Shown here in pieces: positions 1-13,237 of a stretch of 64,000 nt of DNA (position 1 is its first letter; each line of letters starts with the position of its first letter). The stretch is from positions 10,604,001 to 10,668,000 of the forward strand of contig NC_087438.1 in assembly GCF_036321535.1 (NCBI RefSeq). Reading direction: 5' to 3'. The DNA comes from Camelus dromedarius. Taxonomy: Eukaryota. The position numbers were made by a program, and so were the translations under genes. The notes beneath the pieces are model-generated. The model ran no database searches, was not told the DNA's origin, and saw only the letters and a list, made by a program, of their open reading frames with translations.

Positions 1-846
1 TTCTATAGAAACGCTAAGCAGTTTACAGTGTAAATCTCACTGTAATTTGATAAAAGTTATTATTTTTCATTTTCATCCATATTAGCTTCAGTTTGAAATA
101 TCTTCTTGTAGGGGAGATACCTGTCCATTGGGGTTAAAGTAATAGCAAAAACTCAATAAGCACTTTATGTTAATATCAGAAAACATTTCTAAGAAGTTCT
201 GGGTTAAGAGCTTAACATGTTAAATTTTACTTGCAGGCTACATTTACACAACAGCAACAGGCATCCTGGAGATGAGTCAACCACTTTATACAGAGTGGGT
301 GATGGCTTCTTTTCTTCCTTTAAGGAAGGGGTGTGTGTTTGTGTGAGAGAGGGAGAGAGAGAGAGAAATACTGTGTGTGTACTATATATGTACCCCTCAT
401 AGCACAGAGTAAGTTCTACACTATGAAAATAGGTATTGAAGGAATTTGCTACACCATCAAATGATGCTATTCACCTGATTCTACTGTGTTTTAATTTGAT
501 CTATATTCCTGATCTCTGTGCAGACAAATAGGAAAACCTTGAAACCAAACACACTGTTTTGGGATAATTCTTGCTGGAGAAGATGCAGTTGTAGAATATT
601 CTATTTTAACCACCCTCCATGAGGGGCCAGCCCTCTGAGATCCTGGCAGCTTGTCAGGATGGCATTTCCAAGTGAACTTGCCCACCTACTGGACGTATAA
701 ATTAGACTGGAGATGGTGGGAATGGATGTCCAGGTGGAAAGAACTTTATTTTTAAAATGTCGCCAGAACATTGACTCTGTCTTTGGGAACAGGCCACTGA
801 CTGAGAAGGAGACTCAGCTTTCTGTACAGTCCTACACTTTTCAACA

Positions 847-1110
847 TAGACTTAATTTTTTAGATTAGTTTTAGGTTCACAGCAAAATGGAGCAGAAAGT
901 ACAGAGTCGCCATAGTCCCTCTCCCCCAAAGCCCACACCACATCCCCACCATCAACATCCCATCCCATATATCTATCACAACTGATGAACCTACACTGAC
1001 ACGTCATTATCACTCAGAGTCCATGGTTTATATTAGGGTTCACTCTAGGTGTTGTACATTCTGGGGGTTTTGACAAATGTTCTATAATGATGCTTATCCA
1101 CCACTCTATA
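847..1110 (-). mobile_element. Ancient L1 3' end fragment (L1MC-like)
   Basis: 'tttttagattagttttaggttcacagcaaaatggagcagaaagtacagag...gatgaacctacactgacacgtcattatcac...agggttcactct' resembles the antisense L1MC 3' UTR as I recall it. Boundaries approximate. Confidence 0.75.
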
Positions 1111-1573
1111 GTTGAACATTCTATGCAAAACACTGTTAGCAAAAAGAATGTATTTATAGGAAGATACCAACGTGTAAAATCACTTTAGAAAAATCTAGGA
1201 TAAAAATAAATGATAGCTGTAGGAATTCAGTATCATTCCTCTGCTAAAGTGGTATCACACAAAGTAGTTTTTGCTAATTGTTTCCAATTATATCTCTTAT
1301 TCTCTTTTCCTTTTTCCAATCATAACTGTAAAAATTTCCATAAGAAACTTCTTAGCCTTTGCAGAGCATTCCTGCCATGACGCCTTCCGGAAGAACAAAT
1401 TTTCCTTCTACCAAAGCTGATCTAATGCTTTAACACCCTAAAGCAAAATAACAACCACCAAGCTCTTTGATAGTAAATCTCGTGTTCAAAAGGTGTATCA
1501 AGTCAGAGGACTCCTGCTATGTGTCAAAACCTATCACTTGATAATCTTCCAGATTAATTTCCTTCTGGACTTC

Positions 1574-2003
1574 TATAGTGGATGTTGTCGGCGATCCACC
1601 CAGATCCCTTTTACTGGTCAGCGCATCCATCCCCAGGTGCTAGGAGTTGGCCATTAATGCCCCACAGCTGCTTCCTTCTCAGGGAAAATTGCCCCCAGCC
1701 ACTTTGGATTGGTTAAGCCACACCTGACCCCCAGGCAGCACCCAGCCAATGGCTGGCTGACTTCAGAGTATACAAAATCACCTCCCAGCCTCTCTGTGGG
1801 ATCACCCTGGTACAATTCATACTCCAGAGCTCCTGTAGGATCAAGTGGAAGTTGGTCTTCAGTGGGGACAACATCCTTGCATAACCTTTTCCCACCACTC
1901 ACTGCTTCTCTCTCCTCTCCTCCTTAGAGCTCACACTCAATAAATCACTCACACAAGAATTCCCCAAGGCGGGTTCTGCTTCCAGAGAATCTAACTGAAG
2001 GCA
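1574..2003 (+). mobile_element. Old ERVL solo LTR (LTR16-like)
   Basis: Starts 'tagtggatgttgtcggcgatccacccagatccc'. Has AATAAA near 1939 followed by the LTR16-type end 'tctgcttccagagaatctaactgaaggca'. Confidence 0.65.
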
Positions 2004-2147
2004 ACTTCTAATTTCCTTTCTCTCAGACAGAGAAGAGTCTATGGTTTGTTCTTCTCCTTCTCATCCTCCCCGAGTCCATGACTGTAAATTGTTTATTTTC
2101 ATTGCTAAAATGTGTGTTCAAATTTAAATGATATCATTATATATTAG

Positions 2148-2324
2148 TGTTATCAAAACTCAGGCTCAGCTGCTCACCACGTGAAAAGCAAGTGTTGGTA
2201 GAAAGGAAAGTTTGCTCTTTTCTGGAGGCCAGCACCTGGGGGAAGGGTGGACTCATGTCCAAAGGCCAACTGCCCCACCATCTCCCTGCCTGCCCCAGTT
2301 TGCCGGACCTGAGTTTCAATAACA
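2148..2324 (-). mobile_element. 177-bp ERV1-LTR-derived mini-element with inverted termini
   Basis: TG...CA ends and 4-bp TSD TTAG (2144-2147, 2325-2328). Terminal inverted repeats match 15/17. Shares 'ggacatgagtccacc' and its terminus with the LTR ending at 48499. Confidence 0.75.
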
Positions 2325-2924
2325 TTAGTACAAGTTTTAAAAGCATATAGGAAGGCACCTAAATAAAGTAGGATTAATCTTTTTATGTGTCTTATTGGTA
2401 AAACTTTATTCTTTGCTAAAAACATATCAGCCCTGACTGGGGCATCCACTGCAATGTTTCTATTTCCACCAGCTGTTCCTTGAGGGAGTCCTAAATCCAG
2501 TGCGGAGGCAGAAGCGAAGAAAGAAGGGCACTGGGAATGATGGCTCTGTCAGCAAGACTGAGCATGGAAACTCCACTCAGCTCAACAATTATGGTAATTT
2601 GAGGAAAGAGCTCAGGGTTTAGAGCCACGCAGACTTGACTGGATCTGCTTCTTCTTAACAACGGAGAGGCCTTGGCCAAAGTACTTATTCTCGCTGAAAT
2701 AATGGCTCTTAGATTGTATGTAAGTAGTGTACAGGGCCCCAAGCACCATCGGCCCAGAGAAGGCACTTGAAGGCAAGGATTTTTGTCTACATGGTTTACT
2801 ACTTTACACCTACCACCTTGCTACATCATAAACACTCAAACGTTTTTGGCTGAATGACTGAATTAGGTATTTTTCTACCAGGAATTTCGATGTTGGTACT
2901 GATTAGTCTGCACTTGGAAAAAAA

Positions 2925-3090
2925 AAATCACATTTTGATTGTAAGATGAAGATATTATTACTTGTAAGATATACCATTGATTTAACTTTTTTTTTGACTA
3001 CATTAAATGTATGCAGTGATGGGGAAACATCCTGATTTCAAGAAACATTAAAGTACAAGGGAAAAAGAGCTTTAGAATTGAAGACATATA
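2925..3090. mobile_element. Possible TcMar-Tc2 (MER104/Kanga-like) DNA transposon relic
   Basis: 'ttgattgtaagatg...catcctgatttcaagaaacattaaa...aaaaagagctttagaattgaag' resembles a Tc2-type terminal region. Highly diverged. Confidence 0.35.
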
Positions 3091-3504
3091 TTATATTAAT
3101 ATTATTTAGCCTTTTTATTATTCCCTTTTATAGTATTTCCCCCAATTTGTTCATATCCTAATTTTATAATTTTCTTTTGATACCAGAAATACTAAATTAT
3201 TATGTAGTCGATCAATCATTTCATGGAGTTTCCTTCCATAATTTTGGACTTCATCATTCTTACCCATCTTTAGATAAAGTAATTTTGTCCAGTTTGTAGT
3301 TCCATTTGCACCTTTAGCTTTTTAATCCTCCTGCAACTTATGCTGTGAAGTATGGCCTAAAATTAATTTTCTCAAAATAGCGTATTTCTTCAACACCAAA
3401 TGGAATAAAATACCCACTACCCATTTATTTGTGACGTTTTCTTATCAGTCATTAATTCTCCCGTGCCCTTCACGCACCTACTGTTTGCTTTATCTGGCTG
3501 TCTC

Positions 3505-3690
3505 AGTTGGCTTACCCTGTTTTTCTTCATAGCACGTTCATTACTAGACATTATATTGCTGCTTACTTGCTATTTGTCTTCCTGTCTATCTTCTCCACTT
3601 GAATGTAAGCTCCAGGGCACAGAGAACTGTGTCTGGCTCAGGCCACATGCCCAGACCTACAACATGGTAAGGGGTCATGTGAAAGGAGAA
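3505..3690 (+). mobile_element. L2 3' end fragment
   Basis: 'cttcatagcac...cctgtctatcttctccacttgaatgtaagctccagggcacagagaactgtgtctg' is a typical L2 3' terminus. Confidence 0.7.
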
Positions 3691-3759
3691 TGATGACTAC
3701 TTGAAAGGATGAAGTGAGAGGTACACAAACAACATAAACCCTTCCTGTGATGGGTGCTG

Positions 3760-4640
3760 AAGAGATGAAATTAATGAGCTGGGGACTCCTTGGAGGAGCT
3801 TATTCAGATGACCCAGACAAGGAAACCCCTTCAAAGAGATGACATTTGAGCCGAGGGTCGAAGAACAAGAAGGAACCAGCTGTATTAGAGCTGGAGGAAG
3901 GCTTGGTGTTTTTAAGGATCAGAAGAGCAGCCAGTGAGAGGAGAGAGGGGTGTAAGGTGAATTTGGAAGGGTAGGCAATGCTGAGGTCATTCCTGGTCAC
4001 GGTGGAGAACACAAACACGGTCTTTGTTCTATGAGCAGTGGGAAGCCGTCAAAGGGTCCAAGGCAGAGGTGGGACAGAGGCTCCTGCTGTCTGCAAGGAT
4101 GGACGTGGTCTGAAGAGGGACCGGCAGAGCAGGAAGTCAGGAGATCTGTGGTAATCCAGGTAAGAGAAGGCGATGGCTTGGACTTGGGTGGGGGCCGGGG
4201 AGTGGAGATGGAGAGAAGTGATTGACTTGAGAGCTTTTTGGTGGTAAAATAAATGGCTCTGGTGATGGACTACATGGTGGGCGTGTAGAAAAGGGAGAAA
4301 TCAAAGCCAACGGTTGAGTGTTTTGGTAAGTCGCTAATTAAATGGTATAGTTACTTACTGAGCTGAGGAGACTGGGGTAGGTAAGGGATGGGAGGAAAAA
4401 GCAAGACCTCCATTGGGAAGTCCCCTGTTGGGTGTGAGATGCCCGTTAGGATTCCAAGCACAGAAGTCATCAGGTAAGATAGTTGGCTGCATGAACCTGG
4501 AGTCCACAGGGGATGTCCGGGCTGCAGATACCTGGACGTCATCAGCGTATAGGTAGTATCTAAAGGCAGGAGACTAAATGAGACCATCTAGACAGGACAG
4601 AGACAGAAAGGAGTCTGAGATTCAGCCCTGCAGCACTCCA
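3760..4640 (-). mobile_element. L2 LINE fragment
   Basis: Purine-rich antisense L2 hallmarks: 'gtaatccaggtaagagaaggcgatggcttggac', 'ggagatggagagaagtg', 'gtcatcagcgtataggtagtatctaaag'. Confidence 0.75.
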
Positions 4641-6039
4641 GAGATAAATTTGAACATATTAAGGATGTAGCAAGCCTTCCATGTCATACTGGGGAGGTCA
4701 CAATGCTATAGGTCAGCGTCAATCAGTCAGCTAGTTCTGTCCTGGCCACGTCACTCGCAAACACTGCTGCATCTCTAGCCAAGACCAGGAAGAACAGCTG
4801 CTGAAAGATGAAAAGCTATGGCTTTGAAATTCAGTTGCAGACGTGTTTAAGGTGTCTTCGAAGTGCCTTAGGCCTGGAGTCACAATTCTGTCCCAAGACA
4901 GTCCTAAGTACAGAGGCTCATTGGCTGTTTAGAGGCAGGTTTCTAAATGTTCATGGGCTTCCCAAAGTAAAGACACGTTAGATCAGGGCCACAGCTAACA
5001 GGACTCCAACCACTGTAAATAGGAAGCTGCCGTTCGACCACAGCCTGGTTCTGATCCCAGATGGCCTGGCCCCCACGCCTCCTCACCCTTCAATCAGGGT
5101 TCTCCATGCTGCGGGCACTCGGCAATGCAGAATGTCTGACTTAAAAACTTATCTGGCTCCAGAAGGCTTTTCTTGGGTCTTACCTGCCTTAGGATCTCCC
5201 AGCGTCTGCCAGGTTCATGGTGTTCTATTGCCTAACTTTTTCCTCCAGAAAGTCAGCAGAATGACAGGGTATTAAAAAGTAAAAAAAAACAAAGCAAAAC
5301 AAAAAACTCAAAACAGACCAAAAAAACCCCCAAAAACAAAAACCACACACAACCTCCAGGGAAATGGCTAACAAATCCCACATGTGATCTCCCAGGATGA
5401 ACTGTCTTAGATCATTAAACCCTAGAAGACACGCTGACATTTTAAAGGTGGGCTCGGGAGGCCAGAAACATTTCTATACTGCAGACTGAGAGTCTCCACA
5501 CCAGGAGTCACCGCCTCACCCCAGTCCTGCCCATCATTTCGTGCCAATGTTAACAGCAAGCGTTCCTCACTAGCTGGGCAGAATGTCGCACCCCCGGGAA
5601 GGGGTCCAGGAGGTGACGCCTTGTCCCTGAGAGCAGCCCTGGCTCACCGGCAGTACAGCTGATCTCCGGGCTGGGAGCTCTGTGAGTTTTTCTCCCCGCA
5701 CCCCCCCAACTCTAAACTTCATTAAACTTCTCATTCTCTCAGTTCCCCCCCACCCCCACCATTTTTCTCTCTTGGCTCCTGCAGTCTGTCCTCCTTAAAG
5801 CGATGCTCATCACTTTAACCACAATCTTGTCAATGCCCACAGCTCACCAAATCTTTGGTTCCGGATTCATCTAATTATTTACCTGTTCCACTCTTATCGA
5901 TATTTACAGACTTCTACTTGGGCTTCGAGAACGGCTGGAATCAAGTATCCAACAACACAGGCTGCTGCCACTATCCACTCATCATCTCCTTCCTCGACCA
6001 GGCTGTTCGCTGCTCAGTTTTCCTTCCGTCTTTCCCATT

Positions 6040-7380
6040 CCCTCCTCTCTGTATTCCTGGGCTGCCTCATTGCCTCCTACTCAGCAGATAACCTCACCCC
6101 TTACTTCATCCGGAATACGGAATCCATCAGGTAGAAACTAAACTCCTTGTTGCTTCTCACCCTAAAACAATCCTCAACAAAACACATCTGCCCCAAACCC
6201 TTCTTCACCTGCTCTCACCTATTACAATGGAAAGGCCAGTCTGACCTGGGCCGGTGTGGGGCCATCCACCTGGGTCTCTGCATTTGTGCCTCTCTGACCT
6301 CGTCAGGAGCAGCCATCTGCCTCTCCTGCTGGTCTGATCCTGGCTGCTTGACTGGCCCTTCCCCATTAAGCATGTAAATACACCTGCTTAAGCCTCTTCC
6401 ATCTGAAAAATCACCCTTCTCTTGACTTCTCTAGTTACCGCCCTCTTTCCCACCTTCTTTCCATAGACATCTATCAAACGTTACGTGTGCTCCTTATTTC
6501 CATTTTTGTTTTTCGCATTTACTCCTCAGTCTGTTAGAACAGCAGCTCCAAAAATGCAGGCACCCTGTCTGTATCCCCAGAACCACATCTGACATGGTCT
6601 GGTCACATAACAGGTAGTCAACACGTAATGCTTTGTTAAAACCTCCCGCTGGGTTCTGGCTTCTGACTCCCCGCCCGCGATACGTGCTCTTCCTGCTAAA
6701 CCAGACTGACACTTTCTGTCTTCATCCTTCTGACCCCTCAGCAGATCTGACCCTGTTGGCCACTCCTTCTCTGAAGCACTTTTTCCTCCTTGGCTTCAAG
6801 GACACTAAAGTTTCTAGGGTTTCCTCCTATTCCTTCTGCTCCAGCTCTTTCTCCTTGGTGCTCTCTCTCTCTCTCTGTCTCTTAAATGTTGGTGCTCCCA
6901 GGGTTCTCCCGGGGGCCCGCACCTCTTCTCAGTCTTCACTCCAACTCAGAAGTCCCGCCCCCACCCACAACTTCCATTACTCTGCCGGGGTGGGGGGTGG
7001 GGTCTCAGGTCCATCTCTCCAGATTTCTCAGGCTTCTCAAGCAACAGACCCACACATCTCCATCCGAACACCTCCCCGTTTCCAAAACTGAGCTCACCAC
7101 CTACTAGGCTACTTGGGTTCCTACAGAGCTGGCCCTCCCCTTGGGTTCCCTTCAAATGAATGCATCCAGGGTCCCCACCCAGAAGCCTGAAGACCTCCCT
7201 GGATGCCTTTTCACCATCACACCCACAGGATTTCTTGGTCCTATCCATATGCCTTCCTTAGTTTCTCTTGAATCTGACCAGGTTTCACCAGCCCTGTTGC
7301 CATGCTGTGGGTCAGGTCCCTAGCGGGTTTCTTATCCCCAAGCCCTCCTTGCCTCCATGCTCGAGTCAGATCACAAAAAT
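6040..7380 (+). mobile_element. Degraded L2 LINE fragments
   Basis: Pyrimidine-rich L2-like segments, e.g. 'gaccctcagcagatctgaccctgttggccactccttctctgaagcactttttcctccttggcttcaaggacac' and 'ccaaaactgagctc'. These explain the overlapping ORFs at 6633-7323. Confidence 0.65.
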
Positions 7381-7406
7381 CTTCAGTTCCTATAAGAGCA
7401 TCCAAG

Positions 7407-7792
7407 GGTATTATGCTAAGTGAAATAAGTCAGAGAAAGACAAATACTGTATGTTATCGCTTACATATGGAGCCTAAAAAATAAAACAGACTGGTGAATA
7501 TAACAAAAAAGAAACAGACTCACAGATATAGAGAACAAACTAGTGGTGACCAGTGGGGAGAGGGAAAGGGGAGGGGGCAAGACGGGGGAGGGGATTAAGA
7601 GGTACAAGCGATCATGTATAAAATAAGCTACAAGGATGTATTGTGCAACACAGGGAACATAGCCAATGTTTTATAAGAATTATAAATGGAGTATAACCTT
7701 TAAAAATTGTGAATCGATATACTGGACACCTATAACTTACATAATATTGTACATCAACTATACTACAATAAAAAAATAAAGTTTTAAAAAAA
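7407..7792 (+). mobile_element. 5'-truncated L1 (ORF2 end + 3' UTR + A tail)
   Basis: 'attatgctaagtgaaataagtcagagaaagacaaatactgtatg...caactatactacaataaaaaa'. Degenerate TSD aagagcatccaag (7394-7406) / aagggtctccaag (7793-7805). Confidence 0.9.
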
Positions 7793-8019
7793 AAGGGTCT
7801 CCAAGCTGCTTCAGGGCTGCACCCTGCTTGTAGACCGCGGCTCCAGAAACCTGGCGCTGCGGGCCTGTAACGGTGTCTGGCACATGGGTAGACAGCATCC
7901 GATAACTACTCGTGCAACCAGTGAACAAACACAAAGGCCACTCGCGATCTGACCTTGCTCATCCGTCCGCTCTCAGATCTCTACACTTCCCCTTGCACGG
8001 TGTTTCATGAGGCATCAAC

Positions 8020-8390
8020 TATTTGCAGTTTTCTGGATATGCCGTGCTCTCTTTCAGCTAAAGGCCTTGGCCCAAGCTCCTCCCTCTGCACAGAATCACC
8101 TTCACCCCTGTCCCCAACCCACTCACCGGTGAACTCACAGTCAGCTCGGGAATCACATTTCTGGGACGCGTCCCTTAAGCCTGGGTCTCCCCTGTGCCCT
8201 GCAGCGCCCCCCACCCCGGCCCCATGACGCACTCACCAGGCGGGGCTGGGGCTGCCCGGGTACCTGAGTGCCCGTCTCTCCAGGCTGCCTGGGGCAGGGA
8301 CGGGGCTGGTTTGTCACCAGCTTTCCTACCTCTACTCAGCACAATGCCTGACACAGTTGAAACTCAAATATGTGAACAAACAAATGTGTT
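8020..8390 (+). mobile_element. L2 3' fragment
   Basis: Ends in 'cagcacaatgcctgacacagttgaaactcaaatatgtgaacaaacaaatg', an L2 3'-terminus pattern. Confidence 0.5.
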
Positions 8391-11004
8391 AACTACAATA
8401 TCCAGCTATGTATCTGTTCGTTCATAAAATCCTCCAACTGCACGTTTAGTTTTCTGATAAAGAAACCTATTTTTTGGTAGAATCTATGTATTTAATATAC
8501 GCAAAGAGGTGGCAGTAGCTCATACACGTTCATGTAATTGTGGTATTTTCTCATGAGATAGGCAAGGACTTCCACTGCTGTTTCTACTGTGTCACATGGG
8601 GCTGCCAGTAGGTACTAGATAAAGGTGACTGCTTAATTGTAGACACACGGACATAAATAGGATGCAACATGGGGCCACAGGATTAGCCTCTTAAGTGTAA
8701 AGCTGAAGCAAAGATTTTTTCCGACTCCTTTTCTCCCGTGTCCTTCAAATGTCAACTGGGATACAGAACAAGCTGTTCCCCTATGAAGTCAAATTCTGTA
8801 ACAGAGGTCACCTGCTGTGAGAAGAAAATCAGAAGTTTAGAGTTAAACAATAAGAGAACCTTCTTGGAGAAGCTAAGAGAATCTTGCTAAGTGCTAAGTG
8901 ACAGGTAACCAGGGAGGTAATCTCCAAATTCAGAAAGATGGGTTCTTGTAAGGCAACAAGGCTTCAAAAGAGGTGGCCATGCAGCTCAGGAAGTGCCAAG
9001 AGCAGCTGGACCCTGAGCTTGTAACTGACATTCATGGCCACATGGTAAAAAAATAATCATGTTGCTCATCTAGAAATGGCTTTTCAAATTCTTCCACAAA
9101 AAAGGTGTTGAGTTTGAAACTGGTTCCCTAAAATAGCAGATTATTACATGAAATGCTGAAGGTCCCATTATTTTACCTTCAGTAAGAGGAATAGTTTCTT
9201 TACTTGCTTCATCCTGGATTAGAATAACCAATGGGACACAGGGCTGGGTAATAACTCTGTCTTGCTAGATTGTCATTTAATCTCTTTGACAAAAGACTAT
9301 TCTGTCTACAGCTTCAGTGATCCCTTGACACCTTTTATGATATGAAGCAAACTCACTATATTATTGCTGCAAAAGAAATACAGCTTAAAACTCTTTCCCA
9401 AACCCCAGGTCTTCAAAAATTTGTTTTTTGGGACACGTGGAAGATTCAGAAGTCCACGCGTAGGCAAAGCTACCTGTGGGAACAGCTTCTAATGACCTGG
9501 ATAATCAGCATCTTTGGATTTCCATCCTCTAAGTCTGGGTTCCTGTAATTTTCCACTCTGATTGTTCTGTTCGTCTGTATTTTAAAAAGTGGTTTGGGTT
9601 AAATTAGATCGTTGGTCTTCCTGGTAGTTTTCCAGCCATGTTTTATTTTCTCAAGGATCTATATCCCTCTAAAGGAGACACCCTCACTCTGTCTAGCTGG
9701 AGCTCTGGCCAAGAACTTGACACCCACACATGAGGCTGTGGTTTAAAGGGAGTGGCAGTAAAATGAACCCCGGGCTCTCTGGTCCAGAGTCATTGCTCTG
9801 TTCAGTGCTGTCCATATTTAGTGCTTCCTGAAAGCTTGGAGCCAACACAGGGCAAGTCTTAAATATAACACTGGTTTTCTCCATCACTTCTCACACCTGG
9901 AGAGGAGTTTCTATAAAGAACAGAGGCAAACTACTAAACAGATACAAAGTCTGGCTAACTCAGTTTTCCCCTGCTGGTTTCTTCAATACTTCAGGGGAAA
10001 CACAAAGCATTTTACTTTTGAGCTCTTCAATCTAGAAATATGTTAGTTCATTCAAGGGTATATTTTACTGTCATAGGGCCCTCCTCATATCCTCTTGATC
10101 TTTTATTCAAACACAACGCTTATTTGCCTAAATTTAACTTTCATTCAAGATGGTGGGAGGCTTGACAAGGAAGAAATAGTACTACGAAAATTCTAGCATA
10201 CTTTAAAAAAACCAAAGTTTCCCATAAATTAAAGAATCCTTACTTATTCCTCACCTTGATCTCACATCTTTACTATTACGAACATTTCTGCATTTCCTAC
10301 TCATTTTTAAAATACTTATAAAGTTAAATGGTCCCCAAATGACGATATTTCTTAGTATCTCAAGATTACATCCATTCCACTTCAGAACCGAGTTTAAAAT
10401 GCTTTTATGTTAAAAAAAGAACAAAACAAAAAAACAACCAGCACAACAACTCCATAAACAACAGTCTGGAATAGATTAACTCTGGGATCTGGGGAGTCTA
10501 ACTTTTTATGCTTTCTCTCTGCCCACACACTTACATACCCTACATACTCTCTCTGTAATTAGTAATAGATTTTTTTCCTGATTAGCACCTATAATTCGGC
10601 TGTAGATCTCCAAGCAAGCAGCTCAGAAGCTCCATTCCTTTTCTGACTCAGACTTGTATTGAGCCAGATTGGCCCTGTCTGGGGCGGAGCAGAAGGACAG
10701 CCAGACTCAGGAGGGAGGGCGGCTGAGTAACTGGGTAACTTGCTGGGGCTGGGCATGCACTGGGGGGCTGGAGGAGCTGGACTGGACTGTCCTCAGCTGA
10801 GCATGCTGACCCAACCTGCTCCCTCCAGCATGAAAACTCTCAGCTTGGAGAAAAAAAAATGCTGCAACATTCCATAATGTCATCTATGAACTTCTATTGA
10901 CATTTATAAACACATTTTTTTCTCAGGGAAGAAAAAGAGAATGCCTATTTGCATTTGGAGCTTATGAAACCCAGTGACCACGGTACTAATGACAACAGAG
11001 CTAT

Positions 11005-11232
11005 CTTGGTGGCTAACGTTTACTGAGTGCTTGCACTGTGACAGACACTGTTCTAAGATCTTTAATTCTCCTGACAACCCTGTGGGGGACATACTATCAT
11101 CTCCTAGCATACTCGTGAGAAAGACTGGTACACGGAGAGGCTAAGGCACTTGTCCAGGCTGACACAGAGCTGGGAGAAGAATCCAGAACATGCTGACCTT
11201 TGGGCTTACGATCCTAACCATTCACTCTATTA
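11005..11232 (-). mobile_element. MIR SINE
   Basis: 'gctaacgtttactgagtgcttgcactgtgacagacactgttctaag...aattctcctgacaaccctgtg...agaggctaaggcacttgtccagg' is the antisense MIR core. Confidence 0.8.
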
Positions 11233-12867
11233 TCCTGAACCAAGCCCTCCTTCCACTTTGAATTTGATATCGCAGCTGGTGCCAAATGCTTACTTTAGAC
11301 AGAGAGGATTAGCTGATCAGAACAAAGAGAACTTTTGGATAAAGTCTATTTCTTATGGAAAATTCCAAAGACCCTGAAGCAAAGATTATTTTTTAAACAG
11401 TCACGGGTAGCAAGCCCTACAAGTGTAAATGTGGAGGATGAACAGAGGGAGACTGAAGTCATCATGCATCTGAGCCGTGCCAAGAAAAGGAGGATGAAAG
11501 ACATCAGGTCACTAACACTCTGTCATCAGCACCGCACAGCATGGTGAAGGGTACAAACAAAACCTGGGAACGCAGCACCACGTGGGCCATCCATAAGCTT
11601 ACGCGCCAACCTCACCATGCCTGGGGTGGGAGAGAGGCTAAGGGTTCTCTACAGTGGCCTTCTAAAGATGTGGACAAGAATGCTTATGAGCTTCTCTAAC
11701 ACGTGGGATAAAATATCATCTCAGAATCTTTAACTCGTCCAAAATTTTTACTCGCTTCTCAGCTGCAGGATTCATTTATTTCTGCATCATGGGGCTCAGC
11801 TATGACTCACTGCTGGTATTTATATGACCGGCACACGCCAAGTATTGTGAAAGATTTCTAAGGGTCTGGGGCTTTTGATCTGATTGCTTTTAGGAGGCGA
11901 GGGAGAGAGAGTCAAAGTTAGTCATTAAACAGGTTAGTCCACCCAGCCCATACATGTTCTATACCCGAGTCCTACACACACGTGCACACATGCACAGACA
12001 CGTACACATGCCGAAAGGAACTCCCAAATTCAAATAGACAATATTTAATGTGATAAAGCTTCAGTGTTTGCTCTGCTGTGTGCAAGCAGCTTTGTCATGA
12101 CCTCCCCAGACCCCCACTGCTATTATTGGTTTATATTATTTTACCTGATTCATGAGATTCTAGATAAAGTCAAATCATCTCACTGAACAAACTGTTTAGA
12201 ACACAATTCAAGAAAGGGCAAAGAGTGTCACGGTAGCACCAATGAATCAGGAAAGAGTCAAATGGTGTCAACAGCTGTTGCAGGGATTTAAGAATTATAT
12301 ATTCTGAATTTATTTTGTCTGCACAACTATAACCATGCATTATGCTGAATATTTTTCAAGTGACAGGATAAATTAATAAGCTATAGAATAATGTGGGTCA
12401 AATTAAAGTGCTTTGAAAATTTCTAGACGGAAGAGAATGAATACATTTTTGTCACGATTTCATATATATAATAATGAGTTAGTTAATGCACATGCTGAGC
12501 TTCAGTCTGTAAATCTAGATTGACTCTAATTCTGGTCTTGGATCTCTGAAAATCAGAGATGCCTGAAGAGCTGTCCTGCTCCAGCCCTCTCACCCATATG
12601 AGCAAGGGGATGAAGGGGACCCAGTGAAAGGTGACATCTGGACCCTTCTCCACCTGGCCCTTGAACCTGAAGGATGCTGCAGCCACAGAAGCATATTTGT
12701 TGCTGGTGTATAATAATTAATTCAAGGAACATTTATGGATCACATGAAGAATACCAACCTCTTGCATATGCAGTATAGGGGAATCTTGGATGTGCCTTAT
12801 CTAGCAATGCTTCATTATCTCATTGGTTTTATCTAGCAATGCTATAGCAACAGGGAAAGTACAGAAA

Positions 12868-12975
12868 ACTCTCATTTTGTAGAAAAGGAACCAAGGCTCA
12901 AAGAGACTCTGTGACTTGCCTAATATTGGTTAATATATGGTGTAGCCCAAACCAGAAGCCAGGGAGGCCATTAGC
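12868..12975 (-). mobile_element. MIR fragment
   Basis: 'ctcattttgtagaaaaggaaccaaggctcaaagagactctgtgacttgcc' matches the MIR core. Confidence 0.6.
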
Positions 12976-13237
12976 CTGGGGCTCTTTCGTCCTTCAACAC
13001 TAGACTGAGGATGGTGGGTGGATGTTGGAGGGTAGGCAGGATAAACAGTTCCCCACTATTAACAGAGAGGGGAAGGGGGGTGTGTCCTCATACAGAAATG
13101 TCTTTACTCATCCAGATGGTTAAGTATTAGAAATAATTATTACTAAAGAAAATTATTACCTTTATCTAATGGCAATTTAGTTTGGGGAGTTGATGAGCAT
13201 TTCTAAGAAGATGTATTAGGTTAAGTTAAAACTTCCT

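Noticed and set aside
5178..5260. Minus-strand donor CAG|GTAAGA with nearby T-rich tract
   Set aside because: The acceptor is ambiguous, and the local ATG frame stops before the donor.
6633..7091. 152-aa ORF, the longest in the window
   Set aside because: It lies in a degraded L2 and has low-complexity Ser/Leu composition.
10740..10810. GAGCT/GGGCT pentamers resembling an Ig switch region
   Set aside because: Only ~70 bp and a few units. Real switch regions span kilobases.
12797..12843. Short direct repeats (ttatctagcaatgct x2; similar pairs near 14762, 51988, 56628)
   Set aside because: Isolated 13-15 bp micro-duplications are common slippage or repair products, and these show no shared motif or higher-order pattern.
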